From: Mycolicibacterium smegmatis
GTDB taxonomy: Bacteria; Actinomycetota; Actinomycetes; Mycobacteriales; Mycobacteriaceae
NCBI RefSeq assembly: GCF_001457595.1
Contig: NZ_LN831039.1
Location: forward strand, 810,001-842,000
Reading direction: 5' to 3'
DNA length: 32,000 nucleotides
Shown here: positions 14,359 through 22,266 of the stretch, piece after piece
How the letters are laid out: each line of letters begins with the position of its first letter
Position numbering within the stretch: position 1 is the stretch's first letter
The notes under the pieces: model-generated
What the model was told of the DNA's origin: nothing
The model's database searches: none
Seen by the model: the letters and a program-made list of their open reading frames with translations, nothing else
Program-made: the position numbers and the translations under genes

Positions 14359-16209
14359 ATGCGTGATTGCCTGGGGTTGTCCGTCGGGACGACGAACCTG
14401 GTGGCAGTCGCCGACCAGTCGCCGGTGATCCGGCGTGCGGTCCTGACGTTGTTCCCACATCGCGGACCCGAGGTCGGTGGGCCACCGGACGGAAGTGCCT
14501 GCGACGGGCTGACCATCTCCGACTTCGTCGCGCGTGTCGGCGACCCGGTGCCGCTGATCGCGGCCGACGGATCCGCCCACCGTGCCGAGCAACTGCTGGC
14601 AGCTGCCGTGGGGGCGATGGGCCGGCTGGCGGCGCCGGGCCGCCACCCCGAGAACCAGGTGGTGGCGGTCCCGGCGCACTGGCACCCGGCGGCCTTCGAC
14701 GCGGTCCGGGCCGCGATGCCCGGTGTCCGCGTGGTGTCCGACGCCGTGGCGTCCTTGACCGCGATCCAGACGTACCCCGGTCTGCCGGCACGCGGGATCG
14801 TCGCGTTGTGCGATTTCGGGGCGACGGGTACCAGCCTCACCCTGGCCGACGCCGCGCGTGGGTTCGCCCCACTGGCCACGGTCCGCCACGAGGACTTCTC
14901 GGGAGACCTGATCGACCAGGAGATCTTGCGCCGTGTCCTGGCCGATCTGGACGCCGAACCCGCGGGCACCGCGGCGGTTTCGACACTGGCCGCCTTGCGC
15001 GAGCAGTGCCGGTCGGCCAAGGAGCGCCTGAGCTACGAGGCGGCCACCGGTCTGGCCGGGCCCGGCAACACCATGCGGCTGACCCGTGCCGACGTGGAAG
15101 CCGTTGTCGCGCAGCCGCTCAGCGGCGTGATCGACGCGTTGCACGACCTGCTGCGCCGCAACGGCGTGCACCCGGCCCAGCTCGCGGCGTTGGTGACCGT
15201 CGGCGGCGGGGCACGCATTCCCGTTGTCACACAACGGCTCTCCGAGGAATTCCGGATGCCGGTGACCACCGTGGTGCAGTCGCAGGTGATCGCCGCGACC
15301 GGCGCCGCGCTGCTGGCACACCGCGGCGAAGACCAGACCGTGACCCGCCGCGTCATCCCGCCCGCAACCGAGCCGGCTTCCGCGACAGAAGCTGTCGCCA
15401 CCACGGGATGGGCGCCGCCCCTGGCGTGGTCGGCGGCCGACGAGAGTGATGAGGCTGCTGGTCCTGAGGTTCCCACCGCGAGTTCGGCGCGGCCCGATCT
15501 GATCTTCGCCGAGCCGCCCGAGGCCGCGCCGGAGCCTGCGCGGCCGTGGTACCGGCGCGGTGGGGTGGTGTTCTACGCCGCGCTGTTCCTGGCCGTCGTC
15601 GGAACCGCCGGCCTGGTCTACTCCGTGCGCGCCGACCGGTTGGATGCGGCGGCGGCGAGCACACCGCTCGCGCCGCAGACCGTGCCCGCCGAATCCCCAC
15701 TGGCGCAATCGCTGCCCGCACCGCCGACCCGCACCGTGGTGGTCCAGGATCCGGGAGCACCCGCGGCGCCCGCGCAGGCTGCCCCGCGCCCGGCCGCTGC
15801 GCCGCGCCTGGTGCAGAGCGGGCAGGTGGCCCCGCAGGCCGCACCCCGGCAGGCGCCACGAGTCGCGGCCCCAGCACCTGCGCCTGCCCCTGCACCGGCG
15901 GCGCCCCCACTGCAATGGCCGGTACTGCCGCGGCTGCCGATCCCGACGTTCGTGCTTCCCGCTGCGCCGTCGTCGGCGCCTGAGCCCACTGCTACGGCGT
16001 CACCCACACCAGAGCCCACCGCGGAGCCGGAGCCGACGCAGGAGCCCGGCCCCACTCAGGCGCCGCAGCCCTCGGCCGAACCGACGGCCTCACCCGAACC
16101 GACGGTGTCACCGATCTCTGATCCGGAACCGACGGCGCAACTCGAGCCCGAACCAGAGCCCGAGCCTGCTCCGGAGACGTCCACGCCGCCGGTGGAGCCG
16201 GCGGAGTAG
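14359..16209 (+). CDS. Membrane-anchored Hsp70-NBD-like protein with Pro/Ala/Glu/Thr-rich tail; paralogue 2
   Basis: 616 aa. Colinear with the 6023-7810 product over the first 330 or so aa (LGLSVGTTNLVAV, ALCDFGATGTSLTLAD, VGGGARIPVVTQRLSEEF). Then PWYRR (15544-15558), a TM helix GGVVFYAALFLAVVGTAGLVY and a Pro-rich tail with PEPT repeats. It starts 55 nt after the iniC stop on the same strand. Confidence 0.85.
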   Translation: MRDCLGLSVGTTNLVAVADQSPVIRRAVLTLFPHRGPEVGGPPDGSACDGLTISDFVARVGDPVPLIAADGSAHRAEQLLAAAVGAMGRLAAPGRHPENQVVAVPAHWHPAAFDAVRAAMPGVRVVSDAVASLTAIQTYPGLPARGIVALCDFGATGTSLTLADAARGFAPLATVRHEDFSGDLIDQEILRRVLADLDAEPAGTAAVSTLAALREQCRSAKERLSYEAATGLAGPGNTMRLTRADVEAVVAQPLSGVIDALHDLLRRNGVHPAQLAALVTVGGGARIPVVTQRLSEEFRMPVTTVVQSQVIAATGAALLAHRGEDQTVTRRVIPPATEPASATEAVATTGWAPPLAWSAADESDEAAGPEVPTASSARPDLIFAEPPEAAPEPARPWYRRGGVVFYAALFLAVVGTAGLVYSVRADRLDAAAASTPLAPQTVPAESPLAQSLPAPPTRTVVVQDPGAPAAPAQAAPRPAAAPRLVQSGQVAPQAAPRQAPRVAAPAPAPAPAPAAPPLQWPVLPRLPIPTFVLPAAPSSAPEPTATASPTPEPTAEPEPTQEPGPTQAPQPSAEPTASPEPTVSPISDPEPTAQLEPEPEPEPAPETSTPPVEPAE

Positions 16210-16221
16210 ACGCGGCAGCCG

Positions 16222-16734
16222 TCAGGGCTGCTCGCCGCCCTCTTCCTCCGGGACCGTCGTGGTCTCGGTGACCGTGGACGTCACCACCGACGTGCTGGTC
16301 TCGACGGTTGTCGAGGTCGTCGGGGGCGCGGTGGTCGTGGTGGTGGTGGTCGGCGGGGTCGTCGTCGCCGTCTCGGTGACCGTGGTCTGCGCAGGCGTCG
16401 AGGTCTCGGTCACCGTCCGTGTCGGCACCGGGGCGACCGGGGCGACCTGCGATGTGGTGACCGGGGTGGTCGACGTCGTGCTGGTGGTGGTCGACGTCGT
16501 CGACGACGAGTCATCCGACGAGAACAACTGGATCACCGCGTAGATCACCAGAGCGACGATCAGCGCACCGAGTGCACCCAGGCCGACGAGCGCGGCGGGT
16601 TTGCGGTACCACGGAACGGGTTCGGGAGCCGGCGGTTGGTCGGGCGGCGGGTACGCCCCATAATCGGCCCCGTAGTCGCCGCCGTAGCTGTGGGCGTACT
16701 GGGTGGGCTCGTCGTCGGAGTAGTTGTTCGCCAC
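16222..16734 (-). CDS. Single-pass membrane protein with Thr/Ser-rich extracytoplasmic tail
   Basis: 170 aa with a GTG start. Tyr/Gly/Asp/Pro-rich N-terminus, PWYRK (16600-16614), TM helix AALVGLGALGALIVALVIYAVI, then a tail rich in TTST/TVTET repeats. The Thr codons are predominantly ACC/ACG. Confidence 0.7.
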   Translation of the reverse strand: MANNYSDDEPTQYAHSYGGDYGADYGAYPPPDQPPAPEPVPWYRKPAALVGLGALGALIVALVIYAVIQLFSSDDSSSTTSTTTSTTSTTPVTTSQVAPVAPVPTRTVTETSTPAQTTVTETATTTPPTTTTTTTAPPTTSTTVETSTSVVTSTVTETTTVPEEEGGEQP

Positions 16735-16753
16735 GCGCCGATAGTAGGTGGCC

Positions 16754-17230
16754 TCAGTTGCCGGGGGCGGGATACAGGGTGCGTGTCACGTTGGTGCGCG
16801 GCCGGTTCCGTGACGTCGACGTCTCGCCGTCGTCGTCACTGGTCTGCGACCGGGTTCGTGGCGGGGTCCGGGGAGCCGACGACTCCGACGTGGTCTCCTC
16901 GCCCTCCGACGGTGGCGTCTCCGTCCCCGATGGGTCGGCGCCTTCCGGAGGAAGACCGATATCGGTGGTCGCCGGCGGGCTGGTGCTGGTGATCGTCGAC
17001 GTCGTGGACGACGTCGTGCTCGACGTGGTCGACGCGTACGTCGGCTCTACGAAATCGAGGGGCGCCTGCTGAGGGTTCTCGGCGCCGCTCGTGAGCGCCA
17101 CAACACCCCACACCACCAGTGCGATGACCGCCAGCGCGGCCACGCTGGCGCCGAGGACCGCAGGTGTCGAGTGATGCCAGGGCGCCTCGGTTGTCTGCCC
17201 TTGCCGATCTCGGTCTGCGGTCACGCGCAC
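16754..17230 (-). CDS. Single-pass membrane protein with Ser/Thr-rich tail
   Basis: 158 aa with a GTG start (start uncertain). PWHH (17171-17182) then TM helix AVLGASVAALAVIALVVWGVVAL, then STTSSTTSSTTSTITSTS and an acidic/Ser-rich tail. There is a 19-nt gap to the downstream 170-aa gene. Confidence 0.6.
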   Translation of the reverse strand: MRVTADRDRQGQTTEAPWHHSTPAVLGASVAALAVIALVVWGVVALTSGAENPQQAPLDFVEPTYASTTSSTTSSTTSTITSTSPPATTDIGLPPEGADPSGTETPPSEGEETTSESSAPRTPPRTRSQTSDDDGETSTSRNRPRTNVTRTLYPAPGN

Positions 17231-17264
17231 TGATACTAGTGCGGGGTGCTGTGGTGGGCGCGCG

Positions 17265-18197
17265 TCAACTGAACTGGCGTACCACTTCGTTGGCGAAGAA
17301 CTCGACGTGATCCAGATCGCTCATGTCCAGCACCTGCAGGTAGACCCGCTGGACACCGGCCTCGATGAACGGGCCGAGCTTGTCGACGATCTCGGTCGAG
17401 GTGCCCACCAGCGGTGAATTGCTCCGCAACTCGTCGACCTCGCGACCGATCGCGGCGGCACGTTTGGCGATCTGGGCCTCGTCGGCACCCGCGCACAGCA
17501 CGAACGCCGCGGAGTAGATCATCGAATCCGCGGAACGCCCGGCACCCTCGACGGCGGCCGCCACGCGCTCGAACTGCGTCTTGAGCGTGTCCAGCGGGAC
17601 GAAGGGGATGTTGAACTCGGAGGCGAACTGTGCGGCCAGCGCGGGTGTGCGCTTGGCGCCCTGGCCACCGATGATGATCGGCGGATGCGGCGTCTGAACC
17701 GGCTTGGGCAGGCCCGGCGAATCCTTCACCGTGTAGTGCGTGCCCGCGAAGTCGAAGGTGTCGCCGACCGGGGTTCCCCACATGCCGGTGAGGATCTGAA
17801 GCTGCTCGGTGAGCCGGTCGAAACGCTCACCCAGCGGCGGGAAGGGGATGGCATACGCCAGGTGCTCCTCCTCGAACCATCCGGCGCCGAGGCCGAGTTC
17901 GACACGCCCACCGCTCATCTCGTCGACCTGGGCCACCGAGATGGCCAGCGGGCCCGGGTAGCGGAAGGTGGCCGAGGTGACCATGGTGCCCAGCCGGATC
18001 GTCGAGGTCTCACGCGCGATGCCGGCCAGCGTCACCCACGAATCGGTGGGGCCCGGCAGGCCGTCACCGGCCATCTTCAGGTAATGGTCGGAACGGAAGA
18101 ACGCCGAATAACCGAGCCGCTCGGCGGCCTGCGCCACGGCGAGCTGGTCGGAGTAGGTAGCACCTTGCTGGGGTTCGACGAAGACACGGAAATCCAC
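17265..18197 (-). CDS. LLM-class F420-dependent oxidoreductase (luciferase-like monooxygenase family)
   Basis: Start taken at GTG 18197 (VDFRVFVEPQQGATYSDQLAVAQAAERLGYSAFFRSDHY...), a typical LLM N-terminus. The longer ORF-track version (to 18320) would overlap the upstream gene. Confidence 0.85.
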   Translation of the reverse strand: MDFRVFVEPQQGATYSDQLAVAQAAERLGYSAFFRSDHYLKMAGDGLPGPTDSWVTLAGIARETSTIRLGTMVTSATFRYPGPLAISVAQVDEMSGGRVELGLGAGWFEEEHLAYAIPFPPLGERFDRLTEQLQILTGMWGTPVGDTFDFAGTHYTVKDSPGLPKPVQTPHPPIIIGGQGAKRTPALAAQFASEFNIPFVPLDTLKTQFERVAAAVEGAGRSADSMIYSAAFVLCAGADEAQIAKRAAAIGREVDELRSNSPLVGTSTEIVDKLGPFIEAGVQRVYLQVLDMSDLDHVEFFANEVVRQFS

Positions 18198-18216
18198 GGG
18201 GCCCAGCCTATAGAAG

Positions 18217-18840
18217 CTAGAGGCCCCGGCGCGCGGCCCGCAGGGCGGCGATGCTGTTCTCGTCACCGGTGAACTCGACCCGCACCTGATCGCGGCCCGC
18301 GACGAACAGCAGAAGTTCACCCGGCGCCCCGGTCACGGTGACGGCCGGGCCCTTTCCGGCGGTGGCCAACGTCTTGCCCTCAGGGGTGGTCAACGCCACC
18401 CGGACCGGGGACTTCGCCATGGTCATCCGCGCCATCATCGGCACCTGCCGGGCCACGGCATTGGCGGTCTCGTCGTCGAGAACCCTTGGTTCCCAGTCAG
18501 GTTGGGCGCGCCGCACATCCTCGTGGTGGATGAACATCTCGGCGACGTTCACCAATGGATCCAGCAGCTTGAACGGCGACAACAGCGGAGGCCCGGACGC
18601 GATGCGCTCCAGCAGCGCCGACCAGTCCGTCGAATCGGTGACCTGCTGCTGCACCTTCTCGGTGTACCCGGCAAGTTGTGGCACCAGGATTCCGGGTGCG
18701 GCGTCGAGACGACGCTCACGCACCACCAGATGCGCGGCCAGATCCCGCGTGGTCCAGCCCTCACACAGCGTGGGGGCGTCCGGTCCGGTGGCCCGCATGG
18801 CCTCGACGAGTGCGGCGCGTTCGCGCTGAGCTACAGACAT
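18217..18840 (-). CDS. DinB-like / mycothiol maleylpyruvate isomerase N-terminal domain protein (TIGR03085-like)
   Basis: 207 aa. MSVAQRERAALVEAMRATGPDAPTLCEGWTTRDLAAHLVVRERR is the characteristic N-terminal pattern of this actinobacterial family. It lies upstream of the LLM gene on the same strand. Confidence 0.75.
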   Translation of the reverse strand: MSVAQRERAALVEAMRATGPDAPTLCEGWTTRDLAAHLVVRERRLDAAPGILVPQLAGYTEKVQQQVTDSTDWSALLERIASGPPLLSPFKLLDPLVNVAEMFIHHEDVRRAQPDWEPRVLDDETANAVARQVPMMARMTMAKSPVRVALTTPEGKTLATAGKGPAVTVTGAPGELLLFVAGRDQVRVEFTGDENSIAALRAARRGL

Positions 18841-18911
18841 GCGCGATCCGCCTTCGGCTCTTCGCTCACCGACATGCGCGATCCGCCTTCGGCTCTTCGC
18901 TCACCGACATG
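18836..18911. repeat. 35-bp perfect tandem duplication (2 full copies plus a 6-nt third start) that includes the start codon region of the 18217-18840 gene
   Basis: gacatgcgcgatccgccttcggctcttcgctcacc occurs at 18836-18870 and again, identical, at 18871-18905, followed by gacatg (18906-18911). Confidence 0.95.
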
Positions 18912-18943
18912 TGTTTTGCCTCCCGCAGGACGTCGTGTCTGAA

Positions 18944-19483
18944 TCAGAAGACCTGTACCCCTTCGACGGCCACAACCATCCCGTGGCCGGTGCCGTCATT
19001 GGTGAAGCGCGTACCGTCGCTGCTCGCATCGATCGTCCACCCCAGCGCGCTGTAACGCTTGTAGTCCAGCGTCACCGCGGGGATGGCGCCGAGGTTGCCG
19101 ACGATCCACCGCATCTTCCCGCTTGCACTCAGTTGTACGCCGTTGGCGGGCAGGCCGTCGACCACCGGGGCGTTCGCGAAGTCCGACTCGCAGCCGACAT
19201 CCTGCTTGGACAGCTGGCAGCGTGTCCTGCCGGACTTGGTCTCGATGAAGACGTAGCCGTTCTGCGGCTGCAGTGGGGTCGCGCCCGTCGGCGGTTTCGC
19301 ACTCGGTGGCGCGGCCACGGTCGAACTGGGGGCGGGGCTCGACCTGGTCGGCCGGGGAGTCGGGAAGTTCGGCTCGATGGGCGTGATCGCCTTGGTCACC
19401 GGTTTGCCCTCGATCGCGGAATGGCATCCGACGAGAAGCCCGCCCACCGACAGCAGACACCCGAGCAGCAACCGCACCTTCAT
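18944..19483 (-). CDS. lpqJ: Lipoprotein, LpqJ-like
   Basis: 179 aa. Signal peptide with lipobox MKVRLLLGCLLSVGGLLVG-C, then a Pro-rich linker. Its position relative to iniC corresponds to Rv0344c. The symbol is assigned by synteny only. Confidence 0.7.
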   Translation of the reverse strand: MKVRLLLGCLLSVGGLLVGCHSAIEGKPVTKAITPIEPNFPTPRPTRSSPAPSSTVAAPPSAKPPTGATPLQPQNGYVFIETKSGRTRCQLSKQDVGCESDFANAPVVDGLPANGVQLSASGKMRWIVGNLGAIPAVTLDYKRYSALGWTIDASSDGTRFTNDGTGHGMVVAVEGVQVF

Positions 19484-19535
19484 CGCCCGGATTTTCCACC
19501 GCGAAAGTGACGGAGATGTCGTCGGCGCGCCGGTG

Positions 19536-20861
19536 TCACGACAATTGCGTCGAACTCGTTATGCGCAGCGGGTGGTTGGTGCGGGTCAGCAGGAAACCGC
19601 CGATCCCCACGACCGCGACGGCGGCGTTGACCACAATCACCGGGGTCCAGCCCAGGTCGCGGGCGAGCACGGGCGCGAGCGTGGGCACAATGGCCGCGGC
19701 GACGAAACCCCAAGCGTTCATCCAGCTGCCGACCGCTGCGGTGTGGGCACGCCCGATGTCGGTGGCGATGGTCCACGCCAGGGTCTGCGCGAATCCCGCC
19801 CCACCGAGTGCGACGCTCAGCCAGATCACGCTGACCAGCACACTGCCGCTGGTCAGGCTCACCACCAGGCACACGGCGGCAAGTGTCAGTCCCGCCACCG
19901 CGACCAGATTCCTCGCCTGGAACCTCGACCGCCCGGCGCGCAACAACCGGTCGCTGACCAGACCGGCGACGAGGACACTGACCGTGATGCAGGCGAACGC
20001 GATGCTGGTGTACCTGCCCACCGCGGAGAATGGCACGGCCAGCGCGTGCTGCAGGTAATACGGCAGCCAGTAGACGAAGAACTGGATGGTCCACAGCGTT
20101 CCGAAGAACCCGACCGCCAGAGCCCAGAAAGACCGCTGTCGCAGGAACAGTCGCCATGGAGCGCCACCCGAGGTGGGCGGGAGGTCGGTGCCGTCCTCGA
20201 TCAGGCGTACCTCGGCATCGTTGGTCTTCGCGTGCTGTGCAGGATGATCGCGCAGGAACACGTGCGACGCCACGGTGAGGACACCGCCGACGACCGCGCA
20301 GGTGAAGAATGCGCCGCGCCACGACAGGTGGCCGATGATCGGCACGAGGAGCACCGCGCCGATCGCGGTTCCGAGGAAAGCGCCCGAGTTCATCAGGGAC
20401 GTGGCCTTGCCGCGCTCCCGTGGCGGGAACCACCTGGCGAAAATGCTGTTGGCGGTGGGGAACAGGGGAGCTTCCCCGGCTCCGAAGGCCAAGCGGCTCA
20501 ACGCCAGCATCAGCAGGCCGTTGGCGATGCCGGTCATGCCCGTGAACACCGACCACAGCAGCAACGCCACGGTCATGGCGCGGCGGGTGCCTGCCCGCTC
20601 GATGAATATGCCCGCGGGGATCTGGAACACGAAGTAGCCCACGTTGAACAGCGTGGTGATGAGGCCGAACTGCACTGGCGTGAGGTGCAGGTCTTCCATG
20701 ATCGAGGTGGCCGAGACCGAGAACACGATGCGGTCCAGGTAGGCCACGAAGCAGATCACGAAGACGAGGGCGCCCACGTACCAGCGGATCCGGGTCGGTC
20801 GCCCAGTGGTTCTGGAAGTGCTTGCGGTCGTTGGGATGTGCGTCTCGTCGTTGAGAGTCAT
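19536..20861 (-). CDS. MFS transporter, anion:cation symporter (ACS)-like
   Basis: 441 aa, about 12 TM. The N-terminal motif YLDRIVFSVSATSIMEDLHLTPVQFGLITTLFNVGYFVFQIPAG...ERAGTRR is typical of ACS-family organic-acid permeases. Confidence 0.85.
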   Translation of the reverse strand: MTLNDETHIPTTASTSRTTGRPTRIRWYVGALVFVICFVAYLDRIVFSVSATSIMEDLHLTPVQFGLITTLFNVGYFVFQIPAGIFIERAGTRRAMTVALLLWSVFTGMTGIANGLLMLALSRLAFGAGEAPLFPTANSIFARWFPPRERGKATSLMNSGAFLGTAIGAVLLVPIIGHLSWRGAFFTCAVVGGVLTVASHVFLRDHPAQHAKTNDAEVRLIEDGTDLPPTSGGAPWRLFLRQRSFWALAVGFFGTLWTIQFFVYWLPYYLQHALAVPFSAVGRYTSIAFACITVSVLVAGLVSDRLLRAGRSRFQARNLVAVAGLTLAAVCLVVSLTSGSVLVSVIWLSVALGGAGFAQTLAWTIATDIGRAHTAAVGSWMNAWGFVAAAIVPTLAPVLARDLGWTPVIVVNAAVAVVGIGGFLLTRTNHPLRITSSTQLS

Positions 20862-20879
20862 CTGATGTCCTGGTCGTTT

Positions 20880-21491
20880 CTAGTTTCCGAGCCCGGTGGG
20901 GTCGAACTGGTAGAGGTCGATGGTCGTCGCGCCCTGCCGCAACGCGGATATGACCTGCTCCTCTTTGCGGATACGTGCGTCCGCACGTTCGAGGATTTCC
21001 GGAACCTGCTCGGCGGGAAGGGATACGACGCCGTCCGCGTCACCGACCACCAGATCGCCCGTTCGTACCTTGACGCCGCCGACGCGGACGGGGCGGCCCA
21101 GCACCCCCGGATAGGACTTGCCGGTGCCGCGGATCGCCAGGCCCCGCGAGAACACCGGGAACCGGAGGTTCTCCTGCTCGACGCTGTCGCGGACCGCTCC
21201 GTCGATGACGAGTCCGCGGATCCCGCGCGACATTGCGGCGACTGCCAGGATCTCGCCCCAGTGCCCGAAGGCCTGTCCGCCGGCGTCGACCACGAGGACG
21301 TGCCCCGGCGGGCACTTGCACACGGCGTTGTGCAGCGCGAGGTTGTCGCCGCCGACGCCTTGAACGGTGAAGGCCGGGCCGGCAACCCGGGCACCCCGCC
21401 AGACCGGTGCGATGGCGGGATCCAGCGCGACGTCGCGTTGTGCAGCCTCCAGAAGTGTCGCGGAGGTGTGGTTGGTGAACAGGTCGCTCAT
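20880..21491 (-). CDS. RraA-family protein / 4-hydroxy-4-methyl-2-oxoglutarate aldolase-like
   Basis: Start at ATG 21491 (MSDLFTNH...). Contains GHVLVVDAGG...GEILAVAAMSRGIRGLVIDGAVRD. The ATGA start/stop overlaps the upstream paralogue. Confidence 0.8.
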   Translation of the reverse strand: MSDLFTNHTSATLLEAAQRDVALDPAIAPVWRGARVAGPAFTVQGVGGDNLALHNAVCKCPPGHVLVVDAGGQAFGHWGEILAVAAMSRGIRGLVIDGAVRDSVEQENLRFPVFSRGLAIRGTGKSYPGVLGRPVRVGGVKVRTGDLVVGDADGVVSLPAEQVPEILERADARIRKEEQVISALRQGATTIDLYQFDPTGLGN

Positions 21492-22147
21492 CCCGCACTC
21501 CTGGTCTGCAGCGTGTGGTATCCGAACCTGCGGCGGGCTTCGGCGAGAGGTGTTCCCGCGATCGTGGTCTCGACGATCACGGTCTCGATGCGCTCGATGT
21601 GTTCGGCGAGATCCAGCGTCGCGTCGATGTGTGGGGCGGGTACGACGACGACGCCGTCGGCGTCGGCGTGGACGTAGTCGCCCGGGTTGATCGTGACCTC
21701 GTCGATCACCACGGGCGTCTGGACCGCGACGCAACGCACCCGGTCTTTACCCGTACGCATGAATCGTCCTGCGGCCCAAAGGGAGTAGCCCACCTCTTGC
21801 GAGGCCGTGACGTCACGGCAGACCCCGTTGATCACGGTTCCGGCGATGCCCCGCGCCGCGGCGACCCGACTCATGATGCCGCCCCACACGGTGCAGTCCA
21901 GGCGGCCCGCGTTGTCGATCACGACGGCGCTTCCGCGAGGGACGTCGTCGAGGAAGTCGCCCACGGTCCCGTCGTCACCGGCGACGGGCTCGTACCGGAC
22001 GGTGAACGCGGTTCCCGTGAGGGTCGACCCGGTGACACGGCCGATGCCGGCCAGCGAACCCGGCAGGCCCTGCGCGTCAAGTGCGTCCGACACGGCCGCG
22101 GTCGGCAGGGCGCTCAATCGCTCGGTCGGTGTTCTGGTGCTCGTCAT
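21488..22147 (-). CDS. RraA-family protein / aldolase-like, second tandem paralogue
   Basis: Start at ATG 22147 (MTSTRTPTERL...). Contains GSAVVIDNAGRLDCTVWGGIMSRVAAARGIAGTVINGVCRD. Confidence 0.8.
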   Translation of the reverse strand: MTSTRTPTERLSALPTAAVSDALDAQGLPGSLAGIGRVTGSTLTGTAFTVRYEPVAGDDGTVGDFLDDVPRGSAVVIDNAGRLDCTVWGGIMSRVAAARGIAGTVINGVCRDVTASQEVGYSLWAAGRFMRTGKDRVRCVAVQTPVVIDEVTINPGDYVHADADGVVVVPAPHIDATLDLAEHIERIETVIVETTIAGTPLAEARRRFGYHTLQTRSAG

Positions 22148-22178
22148 ATCGCCTTTCTGGGAGTTCAGGGGCAGTGCC

Positions 22179-22197
22179 ATTCTCATTTGCGATGAAT
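22179..22197. promoter_or_regulatory. LysR-type T-N11-A box (ATTC-N11-GAAT) in the divergent LysR / RraA-MFS promoter region
   Basis: attc tcatttgcgat gaat at 22179-22197. The spacer is relatively AT-rich. It lies between the divergent starts at 22147 (-) and 22267 (+). Confidence 0.5.
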
Positions 22198-22266
22198 ACG
22201 GGAGTCGAATAACAATCCGGAATGAAAAGATGTGGTCTGCGTATACCTACGGACGACGGGACCGGG

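Noticed and set aside
12759-15915. 415-aa and 562-aa minus-strand ORFs antisense to iniC and Hsp70-like paralogue 2
   Set aside because: They are Arg/Gly-rich shadow ORFs without motifs. The sense-strand products have clear P-loop/G3/G4 or Hsp70-like motifs.
17265-18320. Longer N-terminal extensions offered by the ORF track (18320 for LLM, 21734 and 22186 for the RraA genes, 22222 for LysR, 8002 for the Rv0340-like gene, 27157 for hspR, 12682 for Holin-X)
   Set aside because: The extensions are Arg/Cys/Ser-rich or overlap upstream genes. Internal starts coincide with conserved family N-termini, RBS-like sequences or ATGA/GTGA coupling with the preceding stop. 12682 remains a possible alternative.
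18836-18911. The 35-bp direct repeats as a CRISPR array
   Set aside because: The copies are directly adjacent with no spacers, there are only about 2 units, and there are no cas genes. This is a tandem duplication.
19377-21677. 766-aa + strand ORF across the LpqJ, MFS and RraA genes
   Set aside because: It crosses three well-supported minus-strand genes and their intergenic gaps, and its composition is typical of an antisense frame.
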